Below are positions 1 through 12,090 of a stretch of DNA of 55,653 nucleotides, piece after piece. Below the pieces are notes generated by a model that worked only from the letters and a program-made list of their open reading frames with translations, was not told where the DNA came from and made no database searches. This stretch comes from Nemertoderma westbladi (lineage: Eukaryota; Animalia; Xenacoelomorpha): assembly GCA_032718475.1 (NCBI GenBank), contig JAUCBJ010001266.1:1-55653 (forward strand), written 5' to 3'. The number at the start of each line of letters is the position of its first letter. The first letter of the stretch is position 1. The translations under genes were made by a program, and so were the position numbers.

Positions 1-41
1 CCAACAAGGCAAACGAATCAGTTATCCCACAAAAGCTTTTA

Positions 42-3000
42 CAGATAGGAGTAGCGCCCACCCTTACCTTTGGGTAGCAGATAAGAGTAGCGCCCACCCC
101 TACCTTCGGGTAGCAGATAGGAGTAGCGCCCACCCTTACCTTCGGTTAGCAGATAGGAGTAGCGCCCACCCTTACCTTTGGGTAGCAGATAGGAGTAGCG
201 CCCACCCCTACCTTCGCTTAGCAGATAGGAGTAGCGCCCACCCTTACCTTCGGTTAGCAGATAGGAGTAGCGCCCACCCCTACCTTCGGGTAGCAGATAG
301 GAGTAGCGCCCACCCTTACCTTCGCTTAGCAGATAGGAGTAGCGCCCACCCCTACCTTCGGGTAGCAGATAGGAGTAGCGCCCACCCTTACCTTCGGTTA
401 GCAGATAGGAGTAGCGCCCACCCTTACATTCGGTTTGCAGATAGGAGTAGCGCCCACCCTTACCTTCGGTTAGCAGATAGGAGTAGCGCCCACCCCTACC
501 TTCGGGTAGCAGATAGGAGTAGCGCCCACCCCTAACTTAGGGTAGCAGATAGGAGTATAGCACCCACCCCTACCTTCGGGTAGCAGATAGGAGTAGCGCC
601 CACCCCTACCTTGGGGTAGCAGATAGGAGTAGCGCCCACCCTTACCTTCGCTTAGCAGATAGGAGTAGCGCCCACCCCTACCTTCGGGTAGCAGATAGGA
701 GTAGCGCCCACCCTTACCTTCGGTTAGCAGATAGGAGTAGCGCCCAACCTTACCTTCGGTTAGCAGATAGGAGTAGCGCCCACCCTTACCTTCGGTTAGC
801 AGATAGGAGTAGCGCCCACCCTTACCTTCGGTTAGCAGATAGGAGTAGCGCCCACCCTTACCTTCGGTTAGCAGATAGGAGTAGCGCCCACCCTTACCAT
901 CGGTTAGCAGATAGGAGTAGCGCCCACCCCTACCTTCGGGTAGCAGATAGGAGTAGCGCCCACCCCTAACTTAGGGTAGCTGATAGGAGTATAGCACCCA
1001 CCCCTACCTTCGGGTAGCAGATAGGAGTAGCACCCACCCCTACCTTCGGGTAGCAGATATGAGTAGCGCCCACCCCTACCTTCGGGTAGCAGATAGGAGT
1101 AGCGCCCACCCTTACCTTCGGTTAGCAGATAGGAGTAGCGCCCACCCTTACCTTTGGGTAGCAGATAGGAGTAGCGCCCACCCCTACCTTCGCTTAGCAG
1201 ATAGGAGTAGCGCCCACCCTTACCTTCGGTTAGCAGATAGGAGTAGCGCCCACCCCTACCTTCGGGTAGCAGGGAGTAGCGCCCACCCTTACCTTCGGTT
1301 AGCAGATAGGAGTAGCGCCCACCCCTACCTTCGGGTAGCAGATAGGAGTAGCGCCCACCCCTAACTTCGGGTAGCAGATAGGAGTAGCGCCCACCCTTAC
1401 CTTCGCTTAGCAGATAGGAGTAGCGCCCACCCCTACCTTCGGGTAGCAGATAGGAGTAGCGCCCACCCTTACCTTCGGTTAGCAGATAGGAGTAGCGCCC
1501 ACCCTTACATTCGGTTTGCAGATAGGAGTAGCGCCCACCCTTACCTTCGGTTAGCAGATAGGAGTAGCGCCCACCCCTACCTTCGGGTAGCAGATAGGAG
1601 TAGCGCCCACCCCTACCTTCGGGTAGCAGATAGGAGTAGCGCCCACCCTTACCTTCGGTTAGCAGATAGGAGTAGTGCCCACCCTTACCTTTGGGTAGCA
1701 GATAGGAGTAGCGCCCACCCCTACCATCGGGTAGCAGATAGGAGTAGCGCCCACCCCTACCTTCGCTTAGCAGATAGGAGTAGCGCCCACCCTTACCTTC
1801 GGTTAGCAGATAGGAGTAGCACACACCCCTACCTTCGGGTAGCAGATAGGAGTAGCGCCCACCCCTACCTTCGGGTAGCAGATATGAGTAGCGCCCACCC
1901 TTACCTTCGGTTAGCAGATAGGAGTAGCGCCCACCCTTACCTTTGGGTAGCAGATAGGAGTAGCGCCCACCCCTACCTTCGGGTAGCAGATAGGAGTAGC
2001 GCCCACCCTTACCTTCGGTTAGCAGATATGAGTAGCGCCCACCCTTACCTTCGGTTAGCAGATAGGAGTAGCGCCCACCCTTACCTTTGGGTAGCAGATA
2101 GGAGTAGCGCCCACCCCTACCTTCGGGTAGCAGATAGGAGTAGCGCCCACCCTTACCTTCGGTTAGCAGATAGGAGTAGCGCCCACCCTTACCTTTGGGT
2201 AGCAGATAGGAGTAGCGCCCACCCCTACCTTCGCTTAGCAGATAGGAGTAGCGCCCACCCTTACCTTCGGTTAGCAGATAGGAGTAGCGCCCACCCCTAC
2301 CTTCGGGTAGCAGGGAGTAGCGCCCACCCTTACCTTCGGTTAGCAGATAGGAGTAGCGCCCACCCCTACCTTCGGGTAGCAGATAGGAGTAGCGCCCACC
2401 CCTACCTTCGGGTAGCAGATAGGAGTAGCGCCCACCCCTACCTTCGGGTAGCAGATAGGAGTAGCGCCCACCCCTACCTTTGGGTAGCAGATAGGAGTAG
2501 CGCCCACCCTTACCTTCGGTTATCAGATAGGAGTAGCGCCCGCCCCTACCTTCGGGTAGCAGATAGGAGTAGCGCCCACCCCTACCTTCGGGTAGCAGAT
2601 AGGAGTAGCGCCCGCCCCTACCTTCGGGTAGCAGATAGGAGTAGCGCCCACCCCTACCTTCGGTTATCAGATAGGAGTAGCGCCCACCCCTACCTTCGGG
2701 TAGCAGATAGGAGTAGCGCCCACCCCTACCTTCGGGTAGCAGATAGGAGTAGCGCCCACCCCTACCTTCGGTTAGCAGATAGGAGTAGCGCCCACCCTTA
2801 CCTTTGGGTAGCAGATAGGAGTAGCGCCCACCCCTACCTTCGGGTAGCAGATAGGAGTAGCGCCCACCCCTACCTTCGGGTAGCAGATATGAGTAGCGCC
2901 CACCCTTACCTTCGGGTAGCAGATAGGAGTAGCGCCCACCCCTACCTTTGGGTAGCAGATAGGAGTAGCGCCCACCCCTACCTTCGGGTAGCAGATAGGA

Positions 3001-6000
3001 GTAGCGCCCACCCTTACCTTCGGTTAGCAGATAGGAGTAGCGCCCACCCTTACCTTTGGGTAGCAGATAGGAGTAGCGCCCACCCCTACCTTCGCTTAGC
3101 AGATAGGAGTAGCGCCCACCCTTACCTTCGGTTAGCAGATAGGAGTAGCGCCCACCCCTACCTTCGTGTAGCAGGGAGTAGCGCCCACCCTTACCTTCGG
3201 TTAGCAGATAGGAGTAGCGCCCACCCCTACCTTCGGGTAGCAGATAGGAGTAGCGCCCACCCCTACCTTAGGGTAGCAGATAGGAGTAGCGCCCACCCCT
3301 ACCTTCGGGTAGCAGATAGGAGTAGCGCCCACCCCTACCTTTGGGTAGCATATAGGAGTAGCGCCACCCTTACCTTCGGGTATCAGATAGGAGTAGCGCC
3401 ACGCCCCTACCTTCGGGTAGCAGATAGGAGTAGCGCCCACCCTTACCTTCGGTTATCAGATAGGAGTAGCGCCCACCCCTACCTTCGGGTAGCAGATAGG
3501 AGTAGCGCCCACCCTTACCTTCGGTTATCAGATAGGAGTAGCGCCCACCCCTACCTTCGGGTAGCAGATAGGAGTAGCGCCCACCCTTACCTTCGGTTAG
3601 CAGATAGGAGTAGCGCCCACCCCTACCTTCGGGTAGCAAGTAGGTGTAGCACCCACCCTTACCTTCGGGTAGCAGATAGGAGTATAGCGCCCACCCCTAC
3701 CTTCGGGTAGCAGATATGATTAGCGCCGACCCCTACCTTCGGGTAGCAGATAGGAGTATAGCGCCCACCCCTACCTTCGGGTAGCAGATAGGAGTAGCGC
3801 CCACCCTTACCTTCGGTTAGCAGATAGGAGTAGCGCCCACCCTTACCTTCGTTTAGCAGATAGGAGTAGCGCCCACCCCTAACTTAGGGTAGCAGATAGG
3901 AGTAGCGCCCACCCCTACCTTTGGGTAGCAGATAGGAGTAGCGCCTACCCCTACCTTCGGGTAGCATATAGGAGTAGCGCCCACCCTTACCTTCGGGTAG
4001 CAGATAGGAGTAGCGCCCACCCCTACCTTCGGGTAGCAGATAGGAGTAGCGCCCACCCCTACCTTCGGGTAGCAGATAGGAGTAGCGCCCACCCCTACCT
4101 TCGTGTAGCAGATAGGAGTAGCGCCCACCCTTACCTTCGCGTAGCAGATAGGAGTAGCGCCCACCCCTACCTTCGGGTAGCAGATAGGAGTAGCGCCCAC
4201 CCCTACCTTCGGGTAGCAGATAGGAGTAGCGCCCACCCCTACCTTCGGGTAGCAGATAGGAGTAGCGCCCACCCTTACCTTTGGGTAGCAGATAGGAGTA
4301 GCGCCCACCCCTACCTTCGGGTAGCAGATAGGAGTAGCGCCCACCCCTACCTTCGGGTAGCAGATAGGAGTAGCGCCCACCCTTACCTTCGGGTAGCAGA
4401 TAGGAGTAGCGCCCACCCTTACCTTCGGGTAGCAGATAGGAGTAGCGCCCACCCCTACCTTCGGGTAGCAGATAGGAGTAGCGCCCACCCTTACCTTCGG
4501 GTAGCAGATAGGAGTAGCGCCCACCCTTACCTTTGGGTAGCAGATAGGAGTAGCGCCCACCCCTACCTTCGCGTAGCAGATAGGAGTAGCGCCCACCCTT
4601 ACCTTCGGGTAGCAGATAGGAGTAGCGCCCACCCCTACCTTCGGGTAGCAGATAGGAGTAGCGCCCACCCTTACCTTCGGTTAGCAGATAGGAGTAGCGC
4701 CCACCCCTACCTTCGGGTAGCAGATAGGAGTAGCGCCCACCCCTACCTTAGGGTAGCAGATAGGAGTAGCGCCCACCCCTACCTTTGGGTAGCAGATAGG
4801 AGTAGCGCCCACCCCTACCTTCGGGTAGCATATAGGAGTAGCGCCCACCCTTACCTTCGGGTAGCAGATAGGAGTAGCGCACGCCCCTACCTTCGGGTAG
4901 CAGATAGGAGTAGCGCCCACCCTTACCTTCGGTTAGCAGATAGGAGTAGCGCCACACCCCTACCTTCGGGTAGCAGATAGGAGTAGCGCCCACCCCTACC
5001 TTCGGTTATCAGATAGGAGTAGCGCCCACCCCTACCTTCGGGTAGCAGATAGGAGTAGCGCCCACCCTTACCTTCGGGTAGCAGATAGGAGTAGCGCCCA
5101 CCCCTACCTTCGGGTAGCAGATAGGAGTAGCACCCACCCCTACCTTCGGGTAGCAGATAGGAGTAGCGCCTACCCCTACCTTTGGGTAGCATATAGGAGT
5201 AGCGCCCACCCTTACCTTCGGGTAGCAGATAGGAGTAGCGCCCACCCCTACCTTCGGGTAGCAGATAGGAGTAGCGCCCACCCCTACCTTCGGGTAGCAG
5301 ATAGGAGTAGCGCCCACCCCTACCTTCGCGTAGCAGATAGGAGTAGCGCCCACCCCTACCTTCGGGTAGCAGATAGGAGTAGCGCCCACCCCTACCTTCG
5401 GGTAGCAGATAGGAGTAGCGCCCACCCCTACCTTCGGGTAGCAGATAGGAGTAGCGCCCACCCCTACCTTCGGGTAGCAGATAGGAGTAGCGCCCACCCC
5501 TACCTTCGGGTAGCAGATAGGAGTAGCGCCCACCCCTACCTTCGCGTAGCAGATAGGAGTAGCGCCCACCCCTACCTTCGGGTAGCAGATAGGAGTAGCG
5601 CCCACCCTTACCTTCGGGTAGCAGATAGGAGTAGCGCCCACCCCTACCTTCGGGTAGCAGATAGGAGTAGCGCCCACCCCTACCTTCGGGTAGCAGATAG
5701 GAGTAGCACCCACCCCTACCTTCGGGTAGCAGATAGGAGTAGCGCCCACCCCTACCTTCGGGTAGCAGATAGGAGTAGCGCCCACCCTTACCTTCGGGTA
5801 GCAGATAGGAGTAGCGCCCACCCCTACCTTTGGGTAGCAGATAGGAGTAGCGCCCACCCCTACCTTCGGGTAGCAGATAGGAGTAGCGCCCACCCTTACC
5901 TTCGGTTAGCAGATAGGAGTAGCGCCCACCCCTACCTTTGGGTAGCAGATAGGAGTAGCGCCCACCCCTACCTTCGCTTAGCAGATAGGAGTAGCGCCCA

Positions 6001-9000
6001 CCCCTACCTTCGGGTAGCAGATAGGAGTAGCGCCCACCCCTACCTTCGGGTAGCAGATAGGAGTAGCGCCCACACTTACCTTCGCTTAGCAGATAGGAGT
6101 AGCGCCCACCCCTACCTTCGGGTAGCAGATAGGAGTAGCGCCCACCCTTACCTTCGGTTAGCAGATAGGAGTAGCGCCCACCCTTACCTTCGGTTAGCAG
6201 ATAGGAGTAGCGCCCACCCTTACCTTGGTTAGCAGATAGGAGTAGCGCCCACCCCTACCTTCGGGTAGCAGATAGGAGTAGCGCCCACCCCTAACTTAGG
6301 GTAGCAGATAGGAGTATAGCACCCACCCCTACCTTCGGGTAGCAGATAGGAGTAGCGCCCACCCCTACCTTGGGGTAGCAGATAGGAGTAGCGCCCACCC
6401 TTACCTTCGCTTAGCAGATAGGAGTAGCGCCCACCCCTACCTTCGGGTAGCAGATAGGAGTAGCGCCCACCCCTACCTTCGGTTAGCAGATAGGAGTAGC
6501 GCCCAACCTTACCTTCGGGTAGCAGATAGGAGTAGCGCCCACCCCTACCTTCGGTTAGCAGATAGGAGTAGCGCCCACCCTTACCTTCGGTTAGCAGATA
6601 GGAGTAGCGCCCACCCCTACCTTCGGGTAGCAGATAGGAGTAGCGCCCACCCCTACCTTCGGGTAGCAGATAGGAGTAGCGCCCACCCCTACCTTCGGGT
6701 AGCAGATAGGAGTAGCACCCACCCCTACCTTCGGGTAGCAGATAGGAGTAGCACCCACCCCTACCTTCGGGTAGCAGATAGGAGTAGCGCCCACCCCTAC
6801 CTTCGGGTAGCAGATAGGAGTAGCGCCCACCCCTACCTTCGGGTAGCAGATAGGAGTAGCGCCCACCCCTACCTTTGGGTAGCAGATAGGAGTAGCGCCC
6901 ACCCCTACCTTCGGGTAGCAGATAGGAGTAGCGCCCACCCCTACCTTCGGGTAGCAGATAGGAGTAGCGCCCACCCCTACCTTCGGGTAGCAGATAGGAG
7001 TAGCGCCCACCCCTACCTTCGGGTAGCAGATAGGAGTAGCGCCCACCCCTACCTTCGGGTAGCAGATAGGAGTAGCGCCCACCCCTACCTTCGGGTAGCA
7101 GATAGGAGTAGCGCCCACCCCTACCTTCGGGTAGCAGATAGGAGTAGCGCCCACCCCTACCTTCGGGTTAGCAGATCGGAGTAGCGCCCACCCTTACCAT
7201 CGGGTAGCAGATAGGAGTAGCGCCCACCCCTACCTTTGGGTAGCAGATAGGAGTAGCGCCCACCCCTAACTTAGGGTAGCAGATAGGAGTATAGCACCCA
7301 CCCCTACCTTCGGGTAGCAGATAGGAGTAGCACCCACCCCTACCTTCGGGTAGCAGATAGGAGTAGCGCCCACCCCTACCTTCGGGTAGCAGATAGGAGT
7401 AGCGCCCACCCTTACCTTCGGGTAGCAGATAGGAGTAGCGCCCACCCCTACCTTTGGGTAGCAGATAGGAGTAGCGCCCACCCCTACCTTCGCTTAGCAG
7501 ATAGGAGTAGCGCCCACCCTTACCTTCGGTTAGCAGATAGGAGTAGCGCCCACCCCTACCTTCGGGTAGCAGGGAGTAGCGCCCACCCTTACCTTCGGTT
7601 AGCAGATAGGAGTAGCGCCCACCCCTACCTTCGGGTAGCAGATAGGAGTAGCGCCCACCCCTACCTTCGGGTAGCAGATAGGAGTAGCGCCCACCCCTAC
7701 CTTCGCTTAGCAGATAGAAGTAGCGCCCACACTTACCTTCGCTTTGCAGATAGGAGTAGCGCCCACCCCTACCTTCGGGTAGCAGATAGGAGTAGCGCCC
7801 ACCCCTACCTTCGGGTAGCAGATAGGAGTAGCGCCCACCCTTACCTTCGGGTAGCAGATAGGAGTAGCGCCCACCCTTACCTTTGGGTAGCAGATAGGAG
7901 TAGCGCCCACCCCTACCTTCGGGTAGCAGATAGGAGTAGCGCCCACCCCTACCTTCGCTTAGCAGATAGGAGTAGCGCCCACCCTTACCTTCGGTTAGCA
8001 GATAGGAGTAGCACCCACCCCTACCTTCGGGTAGCAGATAGGAGTAGCGCCCACCCCTACCTTCGGGTAGCAGATAGGAGTAGCGCCCACCCTTACCTTC
8101 AGTTAGCAGATAGGAGTAGCGCCCACCCCTTACCTTTGGGTAGCAGATAGGAGTAGCGCCTACCCCTACCTTCGGGTAGCAGATAGGAGTAGCGCCCACC
8201 CTTACCTTCGGTTAGCAGATAGGACTAGCGCCCACCCTTACCTTTGGGTAGCAGATAGGAGTAGCGCCCACCCCTACCTTCGCTTAGCAGATAGGAGTAG
8301 CGCCCACCCTTACCTTCGGTTAGCAGATAGGAGTAGCGCCCACCCCTACCTTCGGGTAGCAGGGAGTAGCGCCCACCCTTACCTTCGGTTAGCAGATAGG
8401 AGTAGCGCCCACCCCTACCTTCGGGTAGCAGATAGGAGTAGCGCCCACCCCTACCTTCGGGTAGCAGATAGGAGTAGCGCACGTCCCTACCTTCGGGTAG
8501 CAGATAGGAGTAGCGCCCACCCTTACCCTCGGTTAGCAGATAGGAGTAGCGCCCACCCTTACCTTCGGTTAGCAGATAGGAGTAGCGCCCACCCCTAACT
8601 TAGGGTAGCAGATAGGAGTAGCGCCCACCCCTACCTTTGGGTAGCAGATAGGAGTAGCGCCCACCCCTACCTTTGGGTAGCATATTGGAGTAGTGCCCAC
8701 CCCTAACTTAGGGTAGCAGATAGGAGTAGCGCCCACCCCTACCTTCGGGTAGCAGTTAGGAGTAGCGCCCACCCTTACCTTCGGTTAGCAGATAGGAGTA
8801 GCGCCCACCCCTACCTTTGCGTAGCAGATAGGAGTAGCGCCCACCCCTACCTTTGGGTAGCATATTGGAGTAGCGCCCACCCCTACCTTCGGGTAGCAGA
8901 TATGAGTAGCGCCCACCCTTACCTTCGGTTATCAGATAGGAGTAGGGCCCACCCCTACCTTCGGGTAGCAGATAGGAGTAGCGCCCACCCCTACCTTTGG

Positions 9001-9091
9001 GTAGCAGATAGGAGTAGCGCCCACCCCTACCTTCGGGTAGCAGATAGGAGTATAGCACCCACCCCTACCTTCGGGTAGCAGATATGAGTAG
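42..9091. repeat. 36-bp tandem satellite A, roughly 250 copies (consensus AGCAGATAGGAGTAGCGCCCACCCCTACCTTCGGGT)
   Basis: Head-to-tail repetition with a 36-nt period, no spacers and a small set of recurrent variants. It explains all the 12-aa-periodic ORFs in the ORF track. Confidence 0.98.
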
Positions 9092-9206
9092 TGACTAGCT
9101 GTCTGGTACCGGTCGTCCGTATATTCCAGTAAGTCAGTATACCGGTATATCCAAAACGCATACAGATAAGACAAGGGGCGAGCCATCGAGGCGAGTCTAC
9201 TACACA
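9092..9206 (-). repeat. 3' LTR of the Gypsy element (115 bp)
   Basis: TGACTAGCTG...CTACTACACA on +; identical to 13862-13975 except for one indel. Confidence 0.95.
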
Positions 9207-9225
9207 TGCCCCTTCGGCGAAGGGG
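9207..9225 (-). promoter_or_regulatory. Polypurine tract with adjoining hairpin
   Basis: Minus strand reads CCCCTTCGCCGAAGGGGCA directly before the TG of the 3' LTR. Confidence 0.6.
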
Positions 9226-9330
9226 GTGGGCTAAGTGCGATCTAGTTCGGCAGGTGGGGGCGAGCCATCGAGGCGAGTCTACTACAAGTTTACTACACAG
9301 GGGATGGGGCGAGCCATAGGGGTGGGTCTT

Positions 9331-12090
9331 CTATTCATTACCATAACCATAATATGCTGGCGGTTGGATGAGTCTGCCAGAACGAGTATGGGTCGGGTTG
9401 GTTGGTTGTGGAGAGGCAACGGTGGACCATGGCCTCTGTGTTGGTGGATCGTGTGGCGTTTGAGTCGGGGGTGTTGGTGGGGCGAGATGTGATGGCAGTG
9501 TGGGCTCAGGTTGGGCAGACGTAGGGGGTGGGGCGGGCGGGCCGCTAGGGGGCGCGCTGAATGTGCGGACACGCAAAAGGACGCGGTTCCGTCGCACAAT
9601 TCGCCCGCTCTCTTGGCGCACGTGGAAGTCGTGGCTGGGGAGGGCCTCGACCACGGTTCCAAGGCCAGTCCAACGCTTAGTGGTGGGGTCTTGAATGGTA
9701 ACCGGCTGGCCGACCAGGAGTGTTTTCAGTGGGCGTGTGTGGCGGTTATAGTTCGCCTGTAGTTCGTTGCGGTTGGTGGCAGCCACCTCGTCCAGCTCCC
9801 TGAATGTTTGGCGCCACTTGGGGGCGAAGGAGGTGAAGTGGACGGGGAGGGCCTCCCGGACGTTGCGACCGTACAGGAGCTCGGCAGGGGATCGACCACC
9901 GTAGCGTGGGGTGTTGCGGAAAGCCAGGATCCCCTGCGCGATTGCGTCCGAGTCGTGGTTGGCCCCCAGGATGAGTTTCTTCATGGCCTTGACCGCGGCC
10001 TCGGCGCGGCCATTGGTGCGCGCCAGGTAGGGGCTGGAGGGCTCGAGCTGGACCCCCCACTGGTGGAGGAACTGGCGGACTTCGTTGGATACGAATTGGG
10101 GGCCACCGTCGGGGTGGAGGATTGTAGGGACGGCGGTGGCGAGGAAGAGGTGGCGGAGGCAGTCGATGATCGCGCGAGATGTTGTGTCTGAGTTGAGGCG
10201 GTACAGCGTGGGCCAGCCGGTATACTCGTCGGTGACCACTAAGTATTTAATGGCGCCAACCTGGAAGAGGTCGGCATGGGTGCGCTGGAAGGGCCTCGTG
10301 GCCTCCGGGTTGTGTTGGAGGGGCTCGGGGGCGTGGGTGGGGAGGTTGGTCTGGCAGGAACGGCATCGATTTACTGTTTGTTGGATGTCGTTCAGTAGGG
10401 ATGGCCACCAGACCGACCTGGTCGCACGATCCCGAGTCTTGTTCAGCCCCTGGTGGGCGGCGTGTAGCTGTTGGAGGGTAGTGCGGCGTAACTCAACGGG
10501 GATGTAAAGTTGAGGGCCTTTTAGGATCACCCCCTCGTGGATCATCAGGTCGGCGCGGTGGACGAAGTAGGGCCGGAGTTGGTCGTCGACCACGTTGTGT
10601 TTTGAGGTCGGCCAACCCTCTTGGATGACGTTGAGGAGGGCGCGGTAAACTGGGTCGCGTTGGCCGGCCTCCCGAACTTGCTTGATACGCGCGTCCCGGG
10701 AATCAAGCGATGGGAGTTGGCCGATGGCGGCGTTCACCATGAATTCCCGGTCTGCGTCGTCGTCGGGGGTCAGAAGTAAGTCGTCGGGCTGAGGTGCGTG
10801 GAGGGGGGCACGGGAAAACGCGTCGGCGACGAGGTGCTTCGAACCGCGTTGGTGGCGTGCGGTGAAGTTGAACCGGGCCAACGCAGTCTTCAACTTCAGG
10901 AGGCGATCGTTGGTTACCTGGTCCAGGCGGCGGTCATTGAGTACTGGGATCAGGGGGCTGCAGTCCGTCACCAGGTCGAAGTGACGGAGGCCGTCGAGGA
11001 AGTAGCGACATTTGTGGGCAGCCCAGGCGGCACCCAAGGCCTCGAGTTCGGCCATCCCGGACCAGTTGGCCTCGTGTTTCGCGAGGTTCCGGGAACCGCA
11101 CTGAATGGTCATCCACCCGTTCCGGGCCGAGTCCCACTGCCTCAGAAGGAAACCGAGTCCATTCAGGCGGGAGGCATCGGTGAGGAGCTCGGTACGACGA
11201 TCGGGATGGAACCCGGAGAGGTAGCGTGCGGTGGAGAGTGCGGTGCGGGTCGCCTCGAACGCAGCCTGGTGCTGGGGGAGCCACAACCAAGCGGAGTAGT
11301 TGGAGTTCAGGCTGCGGAGGGGCTCCACCAGTTGGGTGATCTCGGCGGTGGAGTTGCCGAGTTGCTGAGCCAGGCCGAGGAAGGATCGGAGTTCTTTCCG
11401 ACATGTCGGGATGGGGAAGTGACGAAGGTCGTCCGTGAGCTCCGGGTCGATGCGGTGCTGGCCGTGTGAGATTACATAGCCGCCGAATCTCACCTCGGGA
11501 AGGCAGAACTGCACCTTCTTGGTGTTTATCGAGATGTCGGCGGCGTCGCAGGCTGCGAGAACCCGGGCGACGGCTTCCTCGTGGTCTTCCTCGGTGTCGG
11601 AATACACCAGGATGTCCTCCACGATCCTGGCGATGTTGGGGACGCCGTGCAGGGCCTTGGCCATTCGGGCGTTGAAAACGTCCGAACTGCCATGCCATCC
11701 CATGGGCATCCTGCGGTACCAGTAGCGACCACGCGGGGTGACGAAGGTGGTCAACTTCCGGCTCGCGGTGTCCAGTTCCACCTGGTGGAACCCCTTCAGC
11801 CCATCCAGGACTGAGAAGAATTGCGCGGATGGCGGAATCCGAGAGACAACCTGGAACGGGGCTGGGGAGAAGTAGGCAGGTCGGATGGTGTGCCTGTTGA
11901 GTTGCCGGAGGTCCACCGTGATGCGAACTGAGTTGGGGTCCTTCTTCCGGGTGACAACCATGGGACTGAGCCACGCGCTCGGGTCGTTCTCGTCGTCTGC
12001 GGGCTCAAGGATCCCCATGGTGCTTGACTTGGTCACGGAGTTCCCGGTCGAAGGCTTCCTCCAAGTTGGCGGGGATGGCACGGTTCGCAT
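9331..12090 (-). CDS. pol: Gypsy Pol: reverse transcriptase, RNase H, integrase
   Basis: RT: WLSPMVV, VDLRQLN, LDGLKGFHQ, RMPMG, IVEDIL. RNase H: LLTDAS, ELEALG, TDCSPL, VADAFSR. Integrase: HAAH..CRSC zinc finger, ADLF / DGGPQF / NGRAEAAVK DDE triad. Confidence 0.95.
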   Translation of the reverse strand: MRTVPSPPTWRKPSTGNSVTKSSTMGILEPADDENDPSAWLSPMVVTRKKDPNSVRITVDLRQLNRHTIRPAYFSPAPFQVVSRIPPSAQFFSVLDGLKGFHQVELDTASRKLTTFVTPRGRYWYRRMPMGWHGSSDVFNARMAKALHGVPNIARIVEDILVYSDTEEDHEEAVARVLAACDAADISINTKKVQFCLPEVRFGGYVISHGQHRIDPELTDDLRHFPIPTCRKELRSFLGLAQQLGNSTAEITQLVEPLRSLNSNYSAWLWLPQHQAAFEATRTALSTARYLSGFHPDRRTELLTDASRLNGLGFLLRQWDSARNGWMTIQCGSRNLAKHEANWSGMAELEALGAAWAAHKCRYFLDGLRHFDLVTDCSPLIPVLNDRRLDQVTNDRLLKLKTALARFNFTARHQRGSKHLVADAFSRAPLHAPQPDDLLLTPDDDADREFMVNAAIGQLPSLDSRDARIKQVREAGQRDPVYRALLNVIQEGWPTSKHNVVDDQLRPYFVHRADLMIHEGVILKGPQLYIPVELRRTTLQQLHAAHQGLNKTRDRATRSVWWPSLLNDIQQTVNRCRSCQTNLPTHAPEPLQHNPEATRPFQRTHADLFQVGAIKYLVVTDEYTGWPTLYRLNSDTTSRAIIDCLRHLFLATAVPTILHPDGGPQFVSNEVRQFLHQWGVQLEPSSPYLARTNGRAEAAVKAMKKLILGANHDSDAIAQGILAFRNTPRYGGRSPAELLYGRNVREALPVHFTSFAPKWRQTFRELDEVAATNRNELQANYNRHTRPLKTLLVGQPVTIQDPTTKRWTGLGTVVEALPSHDFHVRQESGRIVRRNRVLLRVRTFSAPPSGPPAPPPTSAQPEPTLPSHLAPPTPPTQTPHDPPTQRPWSTVASPQPTNPTHTRSGRLIQPPAYYGYGNE

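Noticed and set aside
904-9058. Long repetitive ORFs (SSAHPYLRVADR, GATPICYPKVGV, GGRYSYLLPEGR)
   Set aside because: A by-product of a 36-nt period being open in several frames on both strands; stops and frameshifts are scattered at random.
42-9091. CRISPR array (36-bp repeat with a palindrome)
   Set aside because: No unique spacers, no cas genes and a eukaryotic context; it is a pure tandem repeat.
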